Source: an uncultured virus (IMG/VR IMGVR_UViG_3300007229_000009)
Lineage: Duplodnaviria; Heunggongvirae; Uroviricota; Caudoviricetes; Crassvirales
Strand: one strand, 5' to 3'
IMG/VR virus record: IMGVR_UViG_3300007229_000009
Length of the DNA stretch: 64,000 nucleotides
Part shown: piece by piece, positions 39,052-49,540 of the stretch
Layout of the letters: every line of letters begins with the position of its first letter
Position numbering within the stretch: the first letter of the stretch is position 1
The notes under the pieces: generated by a model
Databases searched by the model: none
The model's input: only the letters and a program-made list of their open reading frames with translations
What the model was told of the DNA's origin: nothing
Made by a program: the position numbers and the translations under genes

Positions 39052-39813
39052 TTATTCTGATTTTTTTAAGCGATTTTTAAGTAGCTTATATATTTCAACA
39101 CCATCATCTGATTGAAAAAACGAACCAACAATCCAATTAGCATCTTCTCCGAAAGGAACAGATATTAATCTTTTTTTATTGTTAGGAAGGTTATAATAAA
39201 CCTCTTTACCATTGTTTCGTGTTTGTAAGAACCCAGCTTTAAATATTTGATAAACATCATCTTGTAATTGTAACATTGGATCGTTTATCGTATTAATAAA
39301 GTCTTCTGGATTATTCTTTGAGTATATTAACAAATCCCTTTTTAACTCTGGAATAGTCATGTTGTCAACCACATTACCTAATAAAACTCTAGATACTTGT
39401 AATAATTTCTGAGTATTACTAGACAATTCTTTTGCTATTATTTGGGCTTCTAAAACACTTTCAGCATCTGAAAGCTCATTCAATGCATCTTGCTCTTTAT
39501 TAACCTCTACAAACACTTTCCCATTACCAGGATGATAATGTAAAAACTCTTGTAGTACTTGGTCTTCTTTTTGAGCTACTAGCATACCATCATCGAACAC
39601 TATAGGTTCTAGAATTGCATTACCGTCTTGTTTGTCTTCAAATGGACTTTTTTGATTTCTTGCGTATCTTAATGGTCTATTAATTCCTTGTTCTTCATCA
39701 AAATATAACAAAGGAGATCTTTGAGAATGCCTTGATGCTAACATGTATGAGAGAGGTGCTTTGTTACCAGTAAGCTTATATATTTTAGTAACGTAATTTG
39801 CTTTTTTTTTCAT
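39052..39813 (-). CDS. Hypothetical protein downstream of the major capsid gene
   Basis: ORF track. Confidence 0.7.
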   Translation of the reverse strand: MKKKANYVTKIYKLTGNKAPLSYMLASRHSQRSPLLYFDEEQGINRPLRYARNQKSPFEDKQDGNAILEPIVFDDGMLVAQKEDQVLQEFLHYHPGNGKVFVEVNKEQDALNELSDAESVLEAQIIAKELSSNTQKLLQVSRVLLGNVVDNMTIPELKRDLLIYSKNNPEDFINTINDPMLQLQDDVYQIFKAGFLQTRNNGKEVYYNLPNNKKRLISVPFGEDANWIVGSFFQSDDGVEIYKLLKNRLKKSE

Positions 39814-39856
39814 TGTATTTAATTTAATTTAATTTAATTCCAGTAAAAAATAAATA

Positions 39857-39880
39857 TTACCCCCACCTAAGTAGGGGTAA
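39857..39880 (-). terminator. Hairpin after the major capsid gene (terminator or stabiliser)
   Basis: TTACCCCTAC-TTAG-GTGGGGGTAA followed by a T-rich tract. Confidence 0.6.
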
Positions 39881-39894
39881 AATTTACAATAATA

Positions 39895-41358
39895 TTAATC
39901 CTTAAAGATAAAGAAGTTGTTTGCACCTAAAGTACATACAGCTCTTTCACTTAAGAAATTGACTTCCATCGCATCTAAGTCAGAAGTTCTTGCACCACCA
40001 GCAGAACCAGTAATCCAAGTTTTATATCTTCTATCTTCAGTTTCAGAAGCTCTATATCTAACGTGTAAGAATGGTCTTTTAGCATTCTTTCCTAAGATTT
40101 GGTCATATACAGTAGTTGAACCAGCTGGAACTAATAATCCATTAACTGCTCCACCAACTAAACCACCTCTCATTGTAGGATCGTTTAGGTACTTCCAGTC
40201 AGACTTATAAAAGTCATAACCTCTTCTAAATCCTGTAAATCCAAGATTTAAAGCCATGTCTTTATCATTGTCAAATAGACCATATGATGTACCACCACCT
40301 CCATAAGAGTTTTGTTGTGCTAACATATCATCAATATCAAACGAGAAGTTTCTGTTTAAGAAAATAACATTTTCTTCAATAGCTCCTTGCTTGTCTAGTC
40401 TTTGTATAACACTATCAAACTGAGCTAAACTTGTTGGATTACCTCCACCAAAAACATTACCTCTATTTTCAACAACATAGAAGATACCATCAGAACCAGA
40501 TTTTTCTGCTGCTGATGCACCACCTGCTAATAAACCTTGCAGATAATTACCTGCATCTGAACCTGCTTCAGCTGGAACTGCTTCCACCATAGCTGTTTCT
40601 AAATAGTCTTCAAATCTAAGTCTCGTTTCGTGCTCAGATTTAAGATACCATAAATATCCATTAGCTCCGTTTTCAGACTGGATTTCAATCCAACCAATTT
40701 GAGCCATATCAGAACCAGACACTGCATACTTGTCTTTGATAATAATAGGTTTGTTTTGAAAGATAAAATCATCTGCCTCATTAGAACCAACCATTCCATT
40801 TGTTCCTTTTGCAAATTCAGAACCATATATAAAACAATCTATAGAACCTGAAGTAAATGCAGGCATACCTGCTGCTTCATAAAATCCTACACTAAAAGTT
40901 CTAGCTCCAGCTCCAGCTCCAGTAGGTGCTACAGTTACAATTCCTTTAGCTGATAATGTAGATCCTGCTACAGAAGAACTTAACATTACTGTTTGTCCTG
41001 CTCTAAGAGCTGCCAAATTTGGCGAAGCTAATGCTGGATTAAAATCTGCTGCTGGAATAACGAATACTGCTGTATCAGAACCTGCTCCTGATCCAGTTGT
41101 TAAACCTTGGTATTTATTGTGTAACCTTCCTTGTTCTGCCCATTTGATAAGGTCAGAGTTAGAAGGCATTTCAGCGCCTACCATTCTTAAGAATGATGCT
41201 ACTGTTCTATTCCCGTATCTTTCGAATTCTTTTTCGTAAGTGTCAGGAAGATATTGCTGTAACCAAGTAAAGTCTGCCGAAGACAGATAATTAGTTGATA
41301 CAGGGACTTGTTGTGAACTCGGTTGTAAATCGAATCCGGGTACCGCTTGTACTGCCAT
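39895..41358 (-). CDS. Major capsid protein
   Basis: 487 aa after portal and scaffold; high-expression codon bias; KWAEQGRLH and GFTGFRRG segments; followed by a hairpin. Confidence 0.8.
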   Translation of the reverse strand: MAVQAVPGFDLQPSSQQVPVSTNYLSSADFTWLQQYLPDTYEKEFERYGNRTVASFLRMVGAEMPSNSDLIKWAEQGRLHNKYQGLTTGSGAGSDTAVFVIPAADFNPALASPNLAALRAGQTVMLSSSVAGSTLSAKGIVTVAPTGAGAGARTFSVGFYEAAGMPAFTSGSIDCFIYGSEFAKGTNGMVGSNEADDFIFQNKPIIIKDKYAVSGSDMAQIGWIEIQSENGANGYLWYLKSEHETRLRFEDYLETAMVEAVPAEAGSDAGNYLQGLLAGGASAAEKSGSDGIFYVVENRGNVFGGGNPTSLAQFDSVIQRLDKQGAIEENVIFLNRNFSFDIDDMLAQQNSYGGGGTSYGLFDNDKDMALNLGFTGFRRGYDFYKSDWKYLNDPTMRGGLVGGAVNGLLVPAGSTTVYDQILGKNAKRPFLHVRYRASETEDRRYKTWITGSAGGARTSDLDAMEVNFLSERAVCTLGANNFFIFKD

Positions 41359-41380
41359 AATAATTTAAATTTTTAATTTG

Positions 41381-42526
41381 TTAAACTTTTTTAATACTTC
41401 TAATTTTAAGTCCTCTTCCACTATTGGTATCTCCTACAGCCCTTATTCTCATACCATCTTTTGTGACAGTTTGTTGAGCAGCGTTTCTAATGTCCATGTT
41501 TATGTTTTTAGATTTTCTAGAAACATTATCCACAGTTGCCGAAACACCTTGGTCGTAAAAAAATTGAGCAAATTTCTCAGGGTTCATAGCTACTGCTAGT
41601 GAACGATGATATCCCTTTGGATCGGCGATTAACCCTGTTTGTTTGTCCATGTATTTATTAACAAAATTGTTAAAATCGGACTGCACATTTTTAAGCTCTT
41701 CACCTGTCCCAGGTTTAAAAGTTATATTATTATCTCCCACATTAAACTCAAAACCTTTGAATTCATTGTTAAAAACCTCATCGGTTTTATCTAGGAAGTA
41801 ATTATACTTCTTTTTGTTTTGCTCCTCAATAGATTTAGATTCTTTAAGATAACTTTCATAAGCATTTAAATTTTCTTGTTGATCATTAGATAACTGATCC
41901 CCGCTTGACTCAAGAGGCATTTTGTATTTATCTTTGTGCTCATTCAAAAACTTTTTCGCTTTCGCAAGTTCTCGTTTTTTTGCTAGTTTTACTCTCTTAA
42001 TATCGCGAGGCTCATCTAATTCTTCATCAAAACTAAATTTTTCCTCAATAATATCTTGAATGTCAATATCATCTAACCCATCTTCGGTTATACTATAATA
42101 ACTAGCAAGTACAGAGTCATCTTCCATAGAATCGTAATCTTTCTGTAAATTATAGAAATCTTGGATTCCACGTCCAGTGTCTTTTTTGTACTTTAAATAC
42201 GCAGACACATCTTCAGGTAATTCTTCGTTTGCTTCTTTTTCCTCAAACAATTCATCAACTGAATTTATATCTTTGTTGTATCTATCTCTAATATAAGAAA
42301 GAACGTTTTCATCATTTAACTCTGATGAGGGAGTTTCACCAATTGTCTCTGATGAGGGAGTTTCTTTTTCAGTATCGTTTTCGTTTGAAACCTTTACTGT
42401 ATCTGTTTGTTCTTCTTGTTGCTCACTGTCTTCAAACTTCTCTTCATGTTTTTGTAACAATGACTCTTCAATTTCAGCTTTGGACTTTTCTTCTTTATGC
42501 CCTAAGTCTCTTACTTTTATTTCCAT
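41381..42526 (-). CDS. Capsid scaffolding protein
   Basis: Highly acidic coiled coil with basic C-terminal tail, between portal and capsid; TAACTTTG at 42553-42560. Confidence 0.7.
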   Translation of the reverse strand: MEIKVRDLGHKEEKSKAEIEESLLQKHEEKFEDSEQQEEQTDTVKVSNENDTEKETPSSETIGETPSSELNDENVLSYIRDRYNKDINSVDELFEEKEANEELPEDVSAYLKYKKDTGRGIQDFYNLQKDYDSMEDDSVLASYYSITEDGLDDIDIQDIIEEKFSFDEELDEPRDIKRVKLAKKRELAKAKKFLNEHKDKYKMPLESSGDQLSNDQQENLNAYESYLKESKSIEEQNKKKYNYFLDKTDEVFNNEFKGFEFNVGDNNITFKPGTGEELKNVQSDFNNFVNKYMDKQTGLIADPKGYHRSLAVAMNPEKFAQFFYDQGVSATVDNVSRKSKNINMDIRNAAQQTVTKDGMRIRAVGDTNSGRGLKIRSIKKV

Positions 42527-42586
42527 AATATTAAATTAGATTAAATTTTAAACAAAGTTAAACAAAATTTAAATATCTTTTTAAGC

Positions 42587-45022
42587 TTATCTTGGCTCAA
42601 ACTCTGCTAAATCAAAACCATCTAAACTATCTTCATTTGATTCAAAATTTATTGCAGGTAAATCTCTTTTCTTTTGTTCTATCATTTTAGATGTTTGTGT
42701 TGACTGTTGACTTATACGCGCATCTTTAGCATTTTCTCTTTCAGTTTCTCTTGACTGTAAACCTTGTTGCTCAACACCTTTTAACTGCATTTGAAATTGA
42801 AACTCTGTCTGCATAAGTTGTTCTTTCAACATTGCTTCATTTTTAAGTTTCTCTATTTCGAAACTTATTTCAGCTTGTTTAACTTGCATTTTAGATTGAG
42901 TTTCCATTTGGACTTTTTGTGCCTCAAGTTGAGCTTTAGCTTGTTCAGCCTGCATTTGCATCTGTGCGGCCATTTGTTGCTCTTGCATTCTTTGTTGTTG
43001 CTCTTGCTCCTGCTTCTGTTTACGTTTCAATTTTAATAATTGATTAGCCATTTTAAGATTGTTAATCTCTCTAATATCAATAGCATCTTCTAAACTTATA
43101 TTTTCTTTTGATAATGCCATTTGAATATTAGCTTCTAACATCGCTTTTTCTTCTTCATCAGGAGACATCTCAATAAATATACCGAAATCATAAATGTATA
43201 AATCTTTTATTTCTTCTAAAATACCAGAATTATATTTACCTATTTGCATGACAAATTCATCTTTGAAATCTGCAAATTCTAATATATCAGCTGTCCTTAT
43301 AGATAAACACTCTGCTAAAGTTCTGGTTATAAATAAACTACCATCTAATATATGTCTAGTTGCTGTATTAGAATTTAAAGCTGCTAATTTTTGAACACCG
43401 ACTAAAGAGTTAGGATCTGGTGTTGATCCGTCTCTGGCTTCATTCAAACCTGTTACTGATCTAATCATGTCTAAATAATGATTATAATTTGCTATTAACA
43501 TTTGCATTTTACTAGAACCACTGTTAGCAGTTAGTTGTTGTATAGGTACTTTAGCATTATTAAATTCACCATCTTGAGTATAACTTCTACCAATAACACT
43601 ACCAGTTTGGAAATATAACCTCAAAGCATCTTCTGGATTATATGCATTACCTGTTCCTAAATCAACTTCATTTAATCCATCAGCATCAATAAAAACACCA
43701 TCTGGTACAATTCTAGAAACTACTTGTTGAATTTTTAAATGAGTCATTTGTATCAAATCAGCAAAAGGAATCATTCTTCTAACTAAAGACTCTAACTGTC
43801 CTTTATACATTCTTGGCGCACATGCAACATAATTTGGCATAGCAAATTGATTTGCTGATTTTGGTCTTACCATGTTTTCGGCTAATTTCCATTCTAAAAC
43901 AATATTAGTACCCATTACCATTACACCAGTATACCATACATCAATTCTTTTTTCTACTTTTTCAAAATTACCTTCCTCCATCATTTCTTGTGGCGGATTA
44001 AATTGGTCATCTTTCTGTACAGTCTTGTACGAGCCATCAGATAATTTTTTTCTTTTATATACAAATGAGTGTGTGGTTTTATAATTAAAATATAATAATG
44101 TTGCAGTATCTCTATAAAACATACTGTTTTCATAAAACTGTGATGTATTAAAATAATTATACCATGATTGACTATATTTAGCTATCTCATTTAAATCTGA
44201 ATTAGTTAATGATGGATCAATTTTTATTAATTCCGTCATAGGTACTGTTTTAATTTCACCCCAATAAAAACAATCTTTGAAATAAGGATCTTCAGTATAA
44301 CTATACACTACATTAGCAGGATCAACATAATCTAGTTTTACACCTTGTCCTAACAGAAATTCATGTTTGGTTATTCCTATGCCTAATGTAGTTAAATCAT
44401 AATCAACTCTATTTCTAATGTCGTTATAATGATTTTCAGAAAACAATGTATTTATTGCAACCTCTTCAGCAATTTCTACAGCTGGTTTATATTTCATATT
44501 CATATACAATTCCATTTCCTCATCTGATTCAGGCAATTGATCAGGATCGGTTTGAAATACATTTATGCCAAACTCTTCTTGTATCTGATTAAATAAAGGT
44601 TTTGCAATTACTTCACCTTCTATTTGTTTTTGAAACTCATTTCTTTTTTCGGCAGACATTGCGTCTTCGGCATATGCTTTTACTTTAAAAAGTCTGTCAG
44701 ACATGCCATTTACAACGATGTCAACAAACTTTGGTATAATTGGGACAGGAGTCCAGTCTAAATTTAAATAAGATAAATCACCATCTATAGCTAATTCGTT
44801 TTTATATTTAGCAATAGACTGTTCCCCTCGCGCGTACAGGCGCAGGCGCATGAACTCACCCCATTGATCATAAAATCTACATGAACCATTATCTCTTCTA
44901 AACCATTCATATTGTATTGCTTGTCCTATCTGTAAACCATATTCTACTGTGTCTTTTGTTGAGTCTGAAACAAATTGATCAGGAAAAGCAGCAGATTGTA
45001 TATTAATTGTAACGTCTTTCAT
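42587..45022 (-). CDS. Portal protein
   Basis: 811 aa after the terminase; WTPVPIIPKFVDIVVNGM segment; Gln-rich C-terminal coiled-coil barrel. Confidence 0.85.
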   Translation of the reverse strand: MKDVTINIQSAAFPDQFVSDSTKDTVEYGLQIGQAIQYEWFRRDNGSCRFYDQWGEFMRLRLYARGEQSIAKYKNELAIDGDLSYLNLDWTPVPIIPKFVDIVVNGMSDRLFKVKAYAEDAMSAEKRNEFQKQIEGEVIAKPLFNQIQEEFGINVFQTDPDQLPESDEEMELYMNMKYKPAVEIAEEVAINTLFSENHYNDIRNRVDYDLTTLGIGITKHEFLLGQGVKLDYVDPANVVYSYTEDPYFKDCFYWGEIKTVPMTELIKIDPSLTNSDLNEIAKYSQSWYNYFNTSQFYENSMFYRDTATLLYFNYKTTHSFVYKRKKLSDGSYKTVQKDDQFNPPQEMMEEGNFEKVEKRIDVWYTGVMVMGTNIVLEWKLAENMVRPKSANQFAMPNYVACAPRMYKGQLESLVRRMIPFADLIQMTHLKIQQVVSRIVPDGVFIDADGLNEVDLGTGNAYNPEDALRLYFQTGSVIGRSYTQDGEFNNAKVPIQQLTANSGSSKMQMLIANYNHYLDMIRSVTGLNEARDGSTPDPNSLVGVQKLAALNSNTATRHILDGSLFITRTLAECLSIRTADILEFADFKDEFVMQIGKYNSGILEEIKDLYIYDFGIFIEMSPDEEEKAMLEANIQMALSKENISLEDAIDIREINNLKMANQLLKLKRKQKQEQEQQQRMQEQQMAAQMQMQAEQAKAQLEAQKVQMETQSKMQVKQAEISFEIEKLKNEAMLKEQLMQTEFQFQMQLKGVEQQGLQSRETERENAKDARISQQSTQTSKMIEQKKRDLPAINFESNEDSLDGFDLAEFEPR

Positions 45023-47268
45023 CTTTTAAGTAATTGACTAACTGAACTTTTGTTATTATATCTTGCAAAGTTAATGCTTATTTTTGATTGTTTTTGAGTT
45101 GGGGTATATAGGTGTTTTTGATTAGACATAATTGCTAACCCTGAACTAATAGCAGCATCAAATCGTGTTCTGTTGTTTATGTCAAATTTTGCCCAATCTT
45201 CTAAAGTTCTTTGAAAATACATACTTCCCATTATATCTTTATCTCTATATGTTTCTTCTAAATCCAATCCTATATGTTTTTCTATATAAGATTCAATTGC
45301 AGATGCATGAGATTGTTTTACATCTTCTGAGCTATTAGGTATACCACCTAATTCTCTTTCTGTTTTTGACAACTTATTATATTTTTTATCTGGTCTATTT
45401 AAACAATACCCTCTATATCCTCTATTTTTAAAATGATATAATAAACGTGGTTTATTATTTTCACATAAAATTGGCATACCATAAAAAACACAAGCCATCA
45501 AGACTTCTTCAAAAAATATCTCAGCTGTTTGTGGTCTGGCTATATATTCAAGAAAAAATTCATTACTAGGTGCATCATCCATATTAAATTTAGTAAGCCC
45601 ATGTAATGATCCATTAGAACCTTTCCCAACAACTACTCCAGAAATATCATAAGAGTCACAACCAAACGAGCCAAGATGTTCGTTCCCTGGTCGTTTCTGC
45701 CCTCCTCTTTCTATAACGTTATTTTGAAGCGAAGCCTTTGGAATGTAAGTTACAAAAAATCTTCCTCTTTTATTTGGGCTCCATATTACCTTAGAATCTT
45801 TAATTCCATCTTTCCAATGAAACCCACCTTGAGTTACATGATGTTGCATTATTAATGAGTCATTGTAATCTATTTGTTGATATATTTTTGTCAAATTAAA
45901 TAATGACTGTTTACTTTCATCTCTAAATGCATGAGACTCAGACCTAGGGAATTGTCTATAAAATTCATTCAATGCATCTGGATCATTTTTTAATGACTCT
46001 ACCTCATTCTCCCAATAATTAATTGCACCTTGATATATTAATTCGCCATCTATACCCATAATAGGTTCTTGTGGGTTTTTTAACACTGGCATTCCATGTC
46101 TGTCAATAAACCCTTCCATATTCCATTCCATAGGCACAAACAGATTATACAAACCACTTTTTGTTTGTCCATTGGAATTTCTTTTCATACAATCAGAATC
46201 TTCATATAGGGATTTAAAATTTGCACCCCCTTTATCTAGAGCATTAGAAGTTGAACCCATCATACACTTACCTATAACTTTACTACCTAGTCTAAGACAT
46301 GTTTTAGTTACCCTCCAGTTGTTTAATATGTTTTCTGGCCTTTCCCATTTACCACTTTCATCATGAAGTAGAAGTTGTAACTTCTCACCATCATAACTAT
46401 TGTCAGATGTATTCTTCCAGTCAATGGTTGTATCTAAGCCTTCTAATTCTTCCTCATCTATAACATACATATTTTTTTTAGTAATCTTAGAAGCAGGAAC
46501 TCGATAAGCTAATTCTGTTTTAGGTTTATCCATACCATCTTGTATGGGTTTAAAAAAGAACGGATAGTTGTTAGATATTGGAACTATTTTATCTGTAAAC
46601 ATTTTTTTAGCATCGGCACCAGTTTTAGATAATATACCTATTCTAGAATCTTTAGTAATTGTTGCAGTGTTAACACCTTCACATGAACTCATAAAAGAAA
46701 ATCCTGAACGTCTTATTTTTAAATAACACATACCAAAACTTCTTTTGTCAGCTTTAGATGCTTCCCAAAATATATAAAAAAGTCTATTCGCTTCTCTAAA
46801 ATCTGGATGACCAACATCAATTTTTGTCCATTGCAGATACATATAATGAGTGCCAGTTATATAGGTTGGCTCCCCATTATTCATAAACCAAAAACCTTCT
46901 TCTCTTCTATCAAACTCTTGTTCTATATAATCTACCCATTTATTTTTAAATTGAGGTGGGGTTTCATGCCAATGAAATATAGATTGTATTTTTTTTAATT
47001 CTTTAGGTAAAACATGTGGCTCCCAGTACTGTTCTTTGTTTTTTTTGTCTCGCGTGTGCACGCGCGCGGGAGGTTTAGGTAAGGCTATATTTAAACCATT
47101 TATATTTATTATTTGGTCAATTTGCCCAGTTTTAGAAATAACTACAAAATCATATTTAGGATTATAACCATATAGCCATGTACGAGCTCTGTTTTTTGTT
47201 GCCATAACATTGTTCGGCACAATTTTGTACAATTTTCTATATAAACTATTTTGATCTTGATTCTGCAA
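45019..47268 (-). CDS. Terminase large subunit
   Basis: LKIRRSGFS (Walker A-like), LLHDESGK (Walker B), GSTSN, GCDSYD nuclease and CENN motifs. Confidence 0.9.
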   Translation of the reverse strand: MQNQDQNSLYRKLYKIVPNNVMATKNRARTWLYGYNPKYDFVVISKTGQIDQIININGLNIALPKPPARVHTRDKKNKEQYWEPHVLPKELKKIQSIFHWHETPPQFKNKWVDYIEQEFDRREEGFWFMNNGEPTYITGTHYMYLQWTKIDVGHPDFREANRLFYIFWEASKADKRSFGMCYLKIRRSGFSFMSSCEGVNTATITKDSRIGILSKTGADAKKMFTDKIVPISNNYPFFFKPIQDGMDKPKTELAYRVPASKITKKNMYVIDEEELEGLDTTIDWKNTSDNSYDGEKLQLLLHDESGKWERPENILNNWRVTKTCLRLGSKVIGKCMMGSTSNALDKGGANFKSLYEDSDCMKRNSNGQTKSGLYNLFVPMEWNMEGFIDRHGMPVLKNPQEPIMGIDGELIYQGAINYWENEVESLKNDPDALNEFYRQFPRSESHAFRDESKQSLFNLTKIYQQIDYNDSLIMQHHVTQGGFHWKDGIKDSKVIWSPNKRGRFFVTYIPKASLQNNVIERGGQKRPGNEHLGSFGCDSYDISGVVVGKGSNGSLHGLTKFNMDDAPSNEFFLEYIARPQTAEIFFEEVLMACVFYGMPILCENNKPRLLYHFKNRGYRGYCLNRPDKKYNKLSKTERELGGIPNSSEDVKQSHASAIESYIEKHIGLDLEETYRDKDIMGSMYFQRTLEDWAKFDINNRTRFDAAISSGLAIMSNQKHLYTPTQKQSKISINFARYNNKSSVSQLLKR

Positions 47269-47524
47269 ATCCTTTAGGTGTATTATTTTTTACTATATCA
47301 ATTCCATCTATTAATTGCTTTTCATCTTCAATTCTTTTTAATATCTCGAATGCATCAAAGATAGCAAGTTTTTTTGTAGCGGCTGCATTTTTCAATCTGT
47401 CAGCTGCCAACTCATCATCTTTTTCGTATTTAATAATATCTTCTTTTGCTACTTTTATTAATTGTATAACTGCTTTTTCACCAGCTTTAATTATTTCTTC
47501 TTTTATTTTTTTACTATCCATCAT
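47246..47524 (-). CDS. Hypothetical helical protein (terminase small subunit candidate)
   Basis: Directly upstream of and overlapping the large terminase gene. Confidence 0.45.
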   Translation of the reverse strand: MMDSKKIKEEIIKAGEKAVIQLIKVAKEDIIKYEKDDELAADRLKNAAATKKLAIFDAFEILKRIEDEKQLIDGIDIVKNNTPKGFAESRSK

Positions 47525-48087
47525 AATGTTAATGCTATGTTGTTGGTAAACATACGATATAATTTTTCATCATCAACATAAAACTCATATTCACTATCAG
47601 GAGTGAAACAGACTTCATCCCCTTCATTAACACCTAATTGTTCTAATTGTTTGTTTGAGTATTTTATTACACCATGTAAGGGTTCTTCCTTAACACCAAT
47701 GCCTTTTAAATAAAAATCTTTTTTAGGAATAGGTTTTACAAAACAATATTTGTCATGACCATACCATTTACCTTTTTTGTTATATAAAAAAAACTGATCA
47801 TTGTCAATAAAAAATAAATCATCTTTAAAAAAACTTTTACCACTTTTTTCTCTACCCTTCATGTCAAAATAAAATTTAAAAACATTGTGATGAACTAAAA
47901 GTATATCTCCTTTTTTTATATCTCCAGAATAATTTACTGGTGTAGACACAACTTCTGCATGTCTATTAGATGCTTTATGGTCTTCTTTAGAAACACTGGT
48001 TATAAAGTCAATACCACCAATGTCTTTTATATTATCATACCTTCTCCCTTTTACTGGTCGAACTATGAAAGAATGTGGTGACTGCAT
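47521..48087 (-). CDS. GroES-like co-chaperonin (apparently two tandem domains)
   Basis: FIVRP...AEVVSTP...IKKGDILLV, then CFVKP...GVIKY...VNEGDEVCF. Confidence 0.6.
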   Translation of the reverse strand: MQSPHSFIVRPVKGRRYDNIKDIGGIDFITSVSKEDHKASNRHAEVVSTPVNYSGDIKKGDILLVHHNVFKFYFDMKGREKSGKSFFKDDLFFIDNDQFFLYNKKGKWYGHDKYCFVKPIPKKDFYLKGIGVKEEPLHGVIKYSNKQLEQLGVNEGDEVCFTPDSEYEFYVDDEKLYRMFTNNIALTL

Positions 48088-48311
48088 TAAAAGTTTAGAT
48101 TATATTCTACAGAAATAGGCATTGTGTTTTTAAACTCCTTCCACATAATTAATTCTTGATTCTTTTCTATCCATATTTTAAATGAATTAGAATTTGCATC
48201 GTGTTGAATTAAATGAATAATATAAGAGCCTCCTAAAACATTCTGCCCTACAATATAATGCATGGCACCAGACTTGTAATCTGCTCCTATGGAAATCTTA
48301 CGGATGTCCAT
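48087..48311 (-). CDS. Hypothetical protein
   Basis: ORF track; IRKISIGADYK...MHYIVGQ. Confidence 0.7.
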   Translation of the reverse strand: MDIRKISIGADYKSGAMHYIVGQNVLGGSYIIHLIQHDANSNSFKIWIEKNQELIMWKEFKNTMPISVEYNLNF

Positions 48312-48315
48312 TTGA

Positions 48316-48849
48316 CTAGAAAGTTGAATTTAACTTTAGTTTTCTGTAAGAAATATTGACATAAAGTGTTCCATTGCCTTGTGTAGGGTTGCTACCAGCT
48401 TTAGACAAAACCACCGAAGTATTAGTTGGTAACACAAAGTTATTTGTGCCTCCAGTCCAAATTACTTCAACAACATCTGTTGCAGAATTCATAGTGGTTA
48501 GTTGAATGTCATTAAGTGATCGTGATCCCATATCAAATGATGGTAAATCTGTTGCAAAATCATACACTGTAGAGCCTGGATCCATAAAAACTAAAATTCT
48601 TTGTATGTCATATACGTATGCAGAACCTGGTGCAGGAAGTATTTCAAAGTCTTGAGTTGCTAAAACATTTAAATAAAGTGGAGAAACTGTTATAGATTTT
48701 GAAACTACATCAACATTATAAAGTTGTTGTAGGGACTCTAGTGTACAAGTTTTAGTAGATAAGTCGTCATTAGCATCAGTCAATACAAAGTAATCTGACA
48801 ATACAGGATTAATATTTGGATAAACGCTAGTGTTACTTATTCTTGCCAT
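48316..48849 (-). CDS. Putative virion/tail protein (MARIS N-terminus)
   Basis: N-terminus similar to ORF 59216-59941. Confidence 0.6.
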   Translation of the reverse strand: MARISNTSVYPNINPVLSDYFVLTDANDDLSTKTCTLESLQQLYNVDVVSKSITVSPLYLNVLATQDFEILPAPGSAYVYDIQRILVFMDPGSTVYDFATDLPSFDMGSRSLNDIQLTTMNSATDVVEVIWTGGTNNFVLPTNTSVVLSKAGSNPTQGNGTLYVNISYRKLKLNSTF

Positions 48850-48852
48850 TTT

Positions 48853-49107
48853 TTATTCTTCTACAGTTTGTGCCTCTTCTACGTTTTCTTTTATTTCTCC
48901 AGTTGCTAAATCTATAGAAACATCTTTTCCATAAGCTTCCATTAGATTTTTTTCATCTACTTTAAACGCAGATCTTAGGTTGTCCATTTGAACCATTAAT
49001 TCTTTTTGTTGAAGTAATGAATCTGCGAGTGCTAGTTTAGTTTTTGTAAACTCAGCATTCATGCCTTGAAGTCTTTTTAATTCTTCTTCTGTAATTTTTT
49101 TTGCCAT
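48853..49107 (-). CDS. Small coiled-coil protein
   Basis: ORF track; YGKDVSIDLATGEI; TATATTTG at 49138-49145. Confidence 0.7.
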   Translation of the reverse strand: MAKKITEEELKRLQGMNAEFTKTKLALADSLLQQKELMVQMDNLRSAFKVDEKNLMEAYGKDVSIDLATGEIKENVEEAQTVEE

Positions 49108-49156
49108 TGTATTAGATTTAATTTAAGTTATAAAAAACAAATATAGTAAAATAATA

Positions 49157-49516
49157 TTATTCTTCAATAGGTGGTACTGGTGGATTGTCCCAAGTAAAAT
49201 ATAAGTCTTCATCCACAGGTTTTTTTTCTAAATCTATTTGTTTAGATAAACTTGCTTCCATTTCAGCAACAGGCAATCCATCTTTTAACCATCCAATTAC
49301 TACATTCTCAAATGCCTCATCATCTGCATAAGGAACAAAAGGTGAAGACGGATCGTACTGTAAAGAGTAAGCTCCTATTTGGCTAGCGATATACTTAGGA
49401 TCTTTGTCGTCTTGTGCGGTATACGTCCAATGTACTGTGTAGATTACATTTTGATTCCCATCTTCTTCAATACGGGCATTCATTTGATTTATTGTCCACT
49501 TATAAAAATTTGCCAT
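49157..49516 (-). CDS. Tail-fibre-associated protein
   Basis: YKWTI...VIYTVHW...FVPY...VIGW; follows the fibre genes; TATCTTTG at 49532-49539. Confidence 0.6.
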   Translation of the reverse strand: MANFYKWTINQMNARIEEDGNQNVIYTVHWTYTAQDDKDPKYIASQIGAYSLQYDPSSPFVPYADDEAFENVVIGWLKDGLPVAEMEASLSKQIDLEKKPVDEDLYFTWDNPPVPPIEE

Positions 49517-49540
49517 TGTTTAATATTTTTACAAAGATAA

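Noticed and set aside
42321..42372. Two CTGATGAG copies resembling hammerhead cores
   Set aside because: They are the antisense of a duplicated ETPSSE peptide in the scaffold gene; no stem II, CGAAA or stem III can be formed
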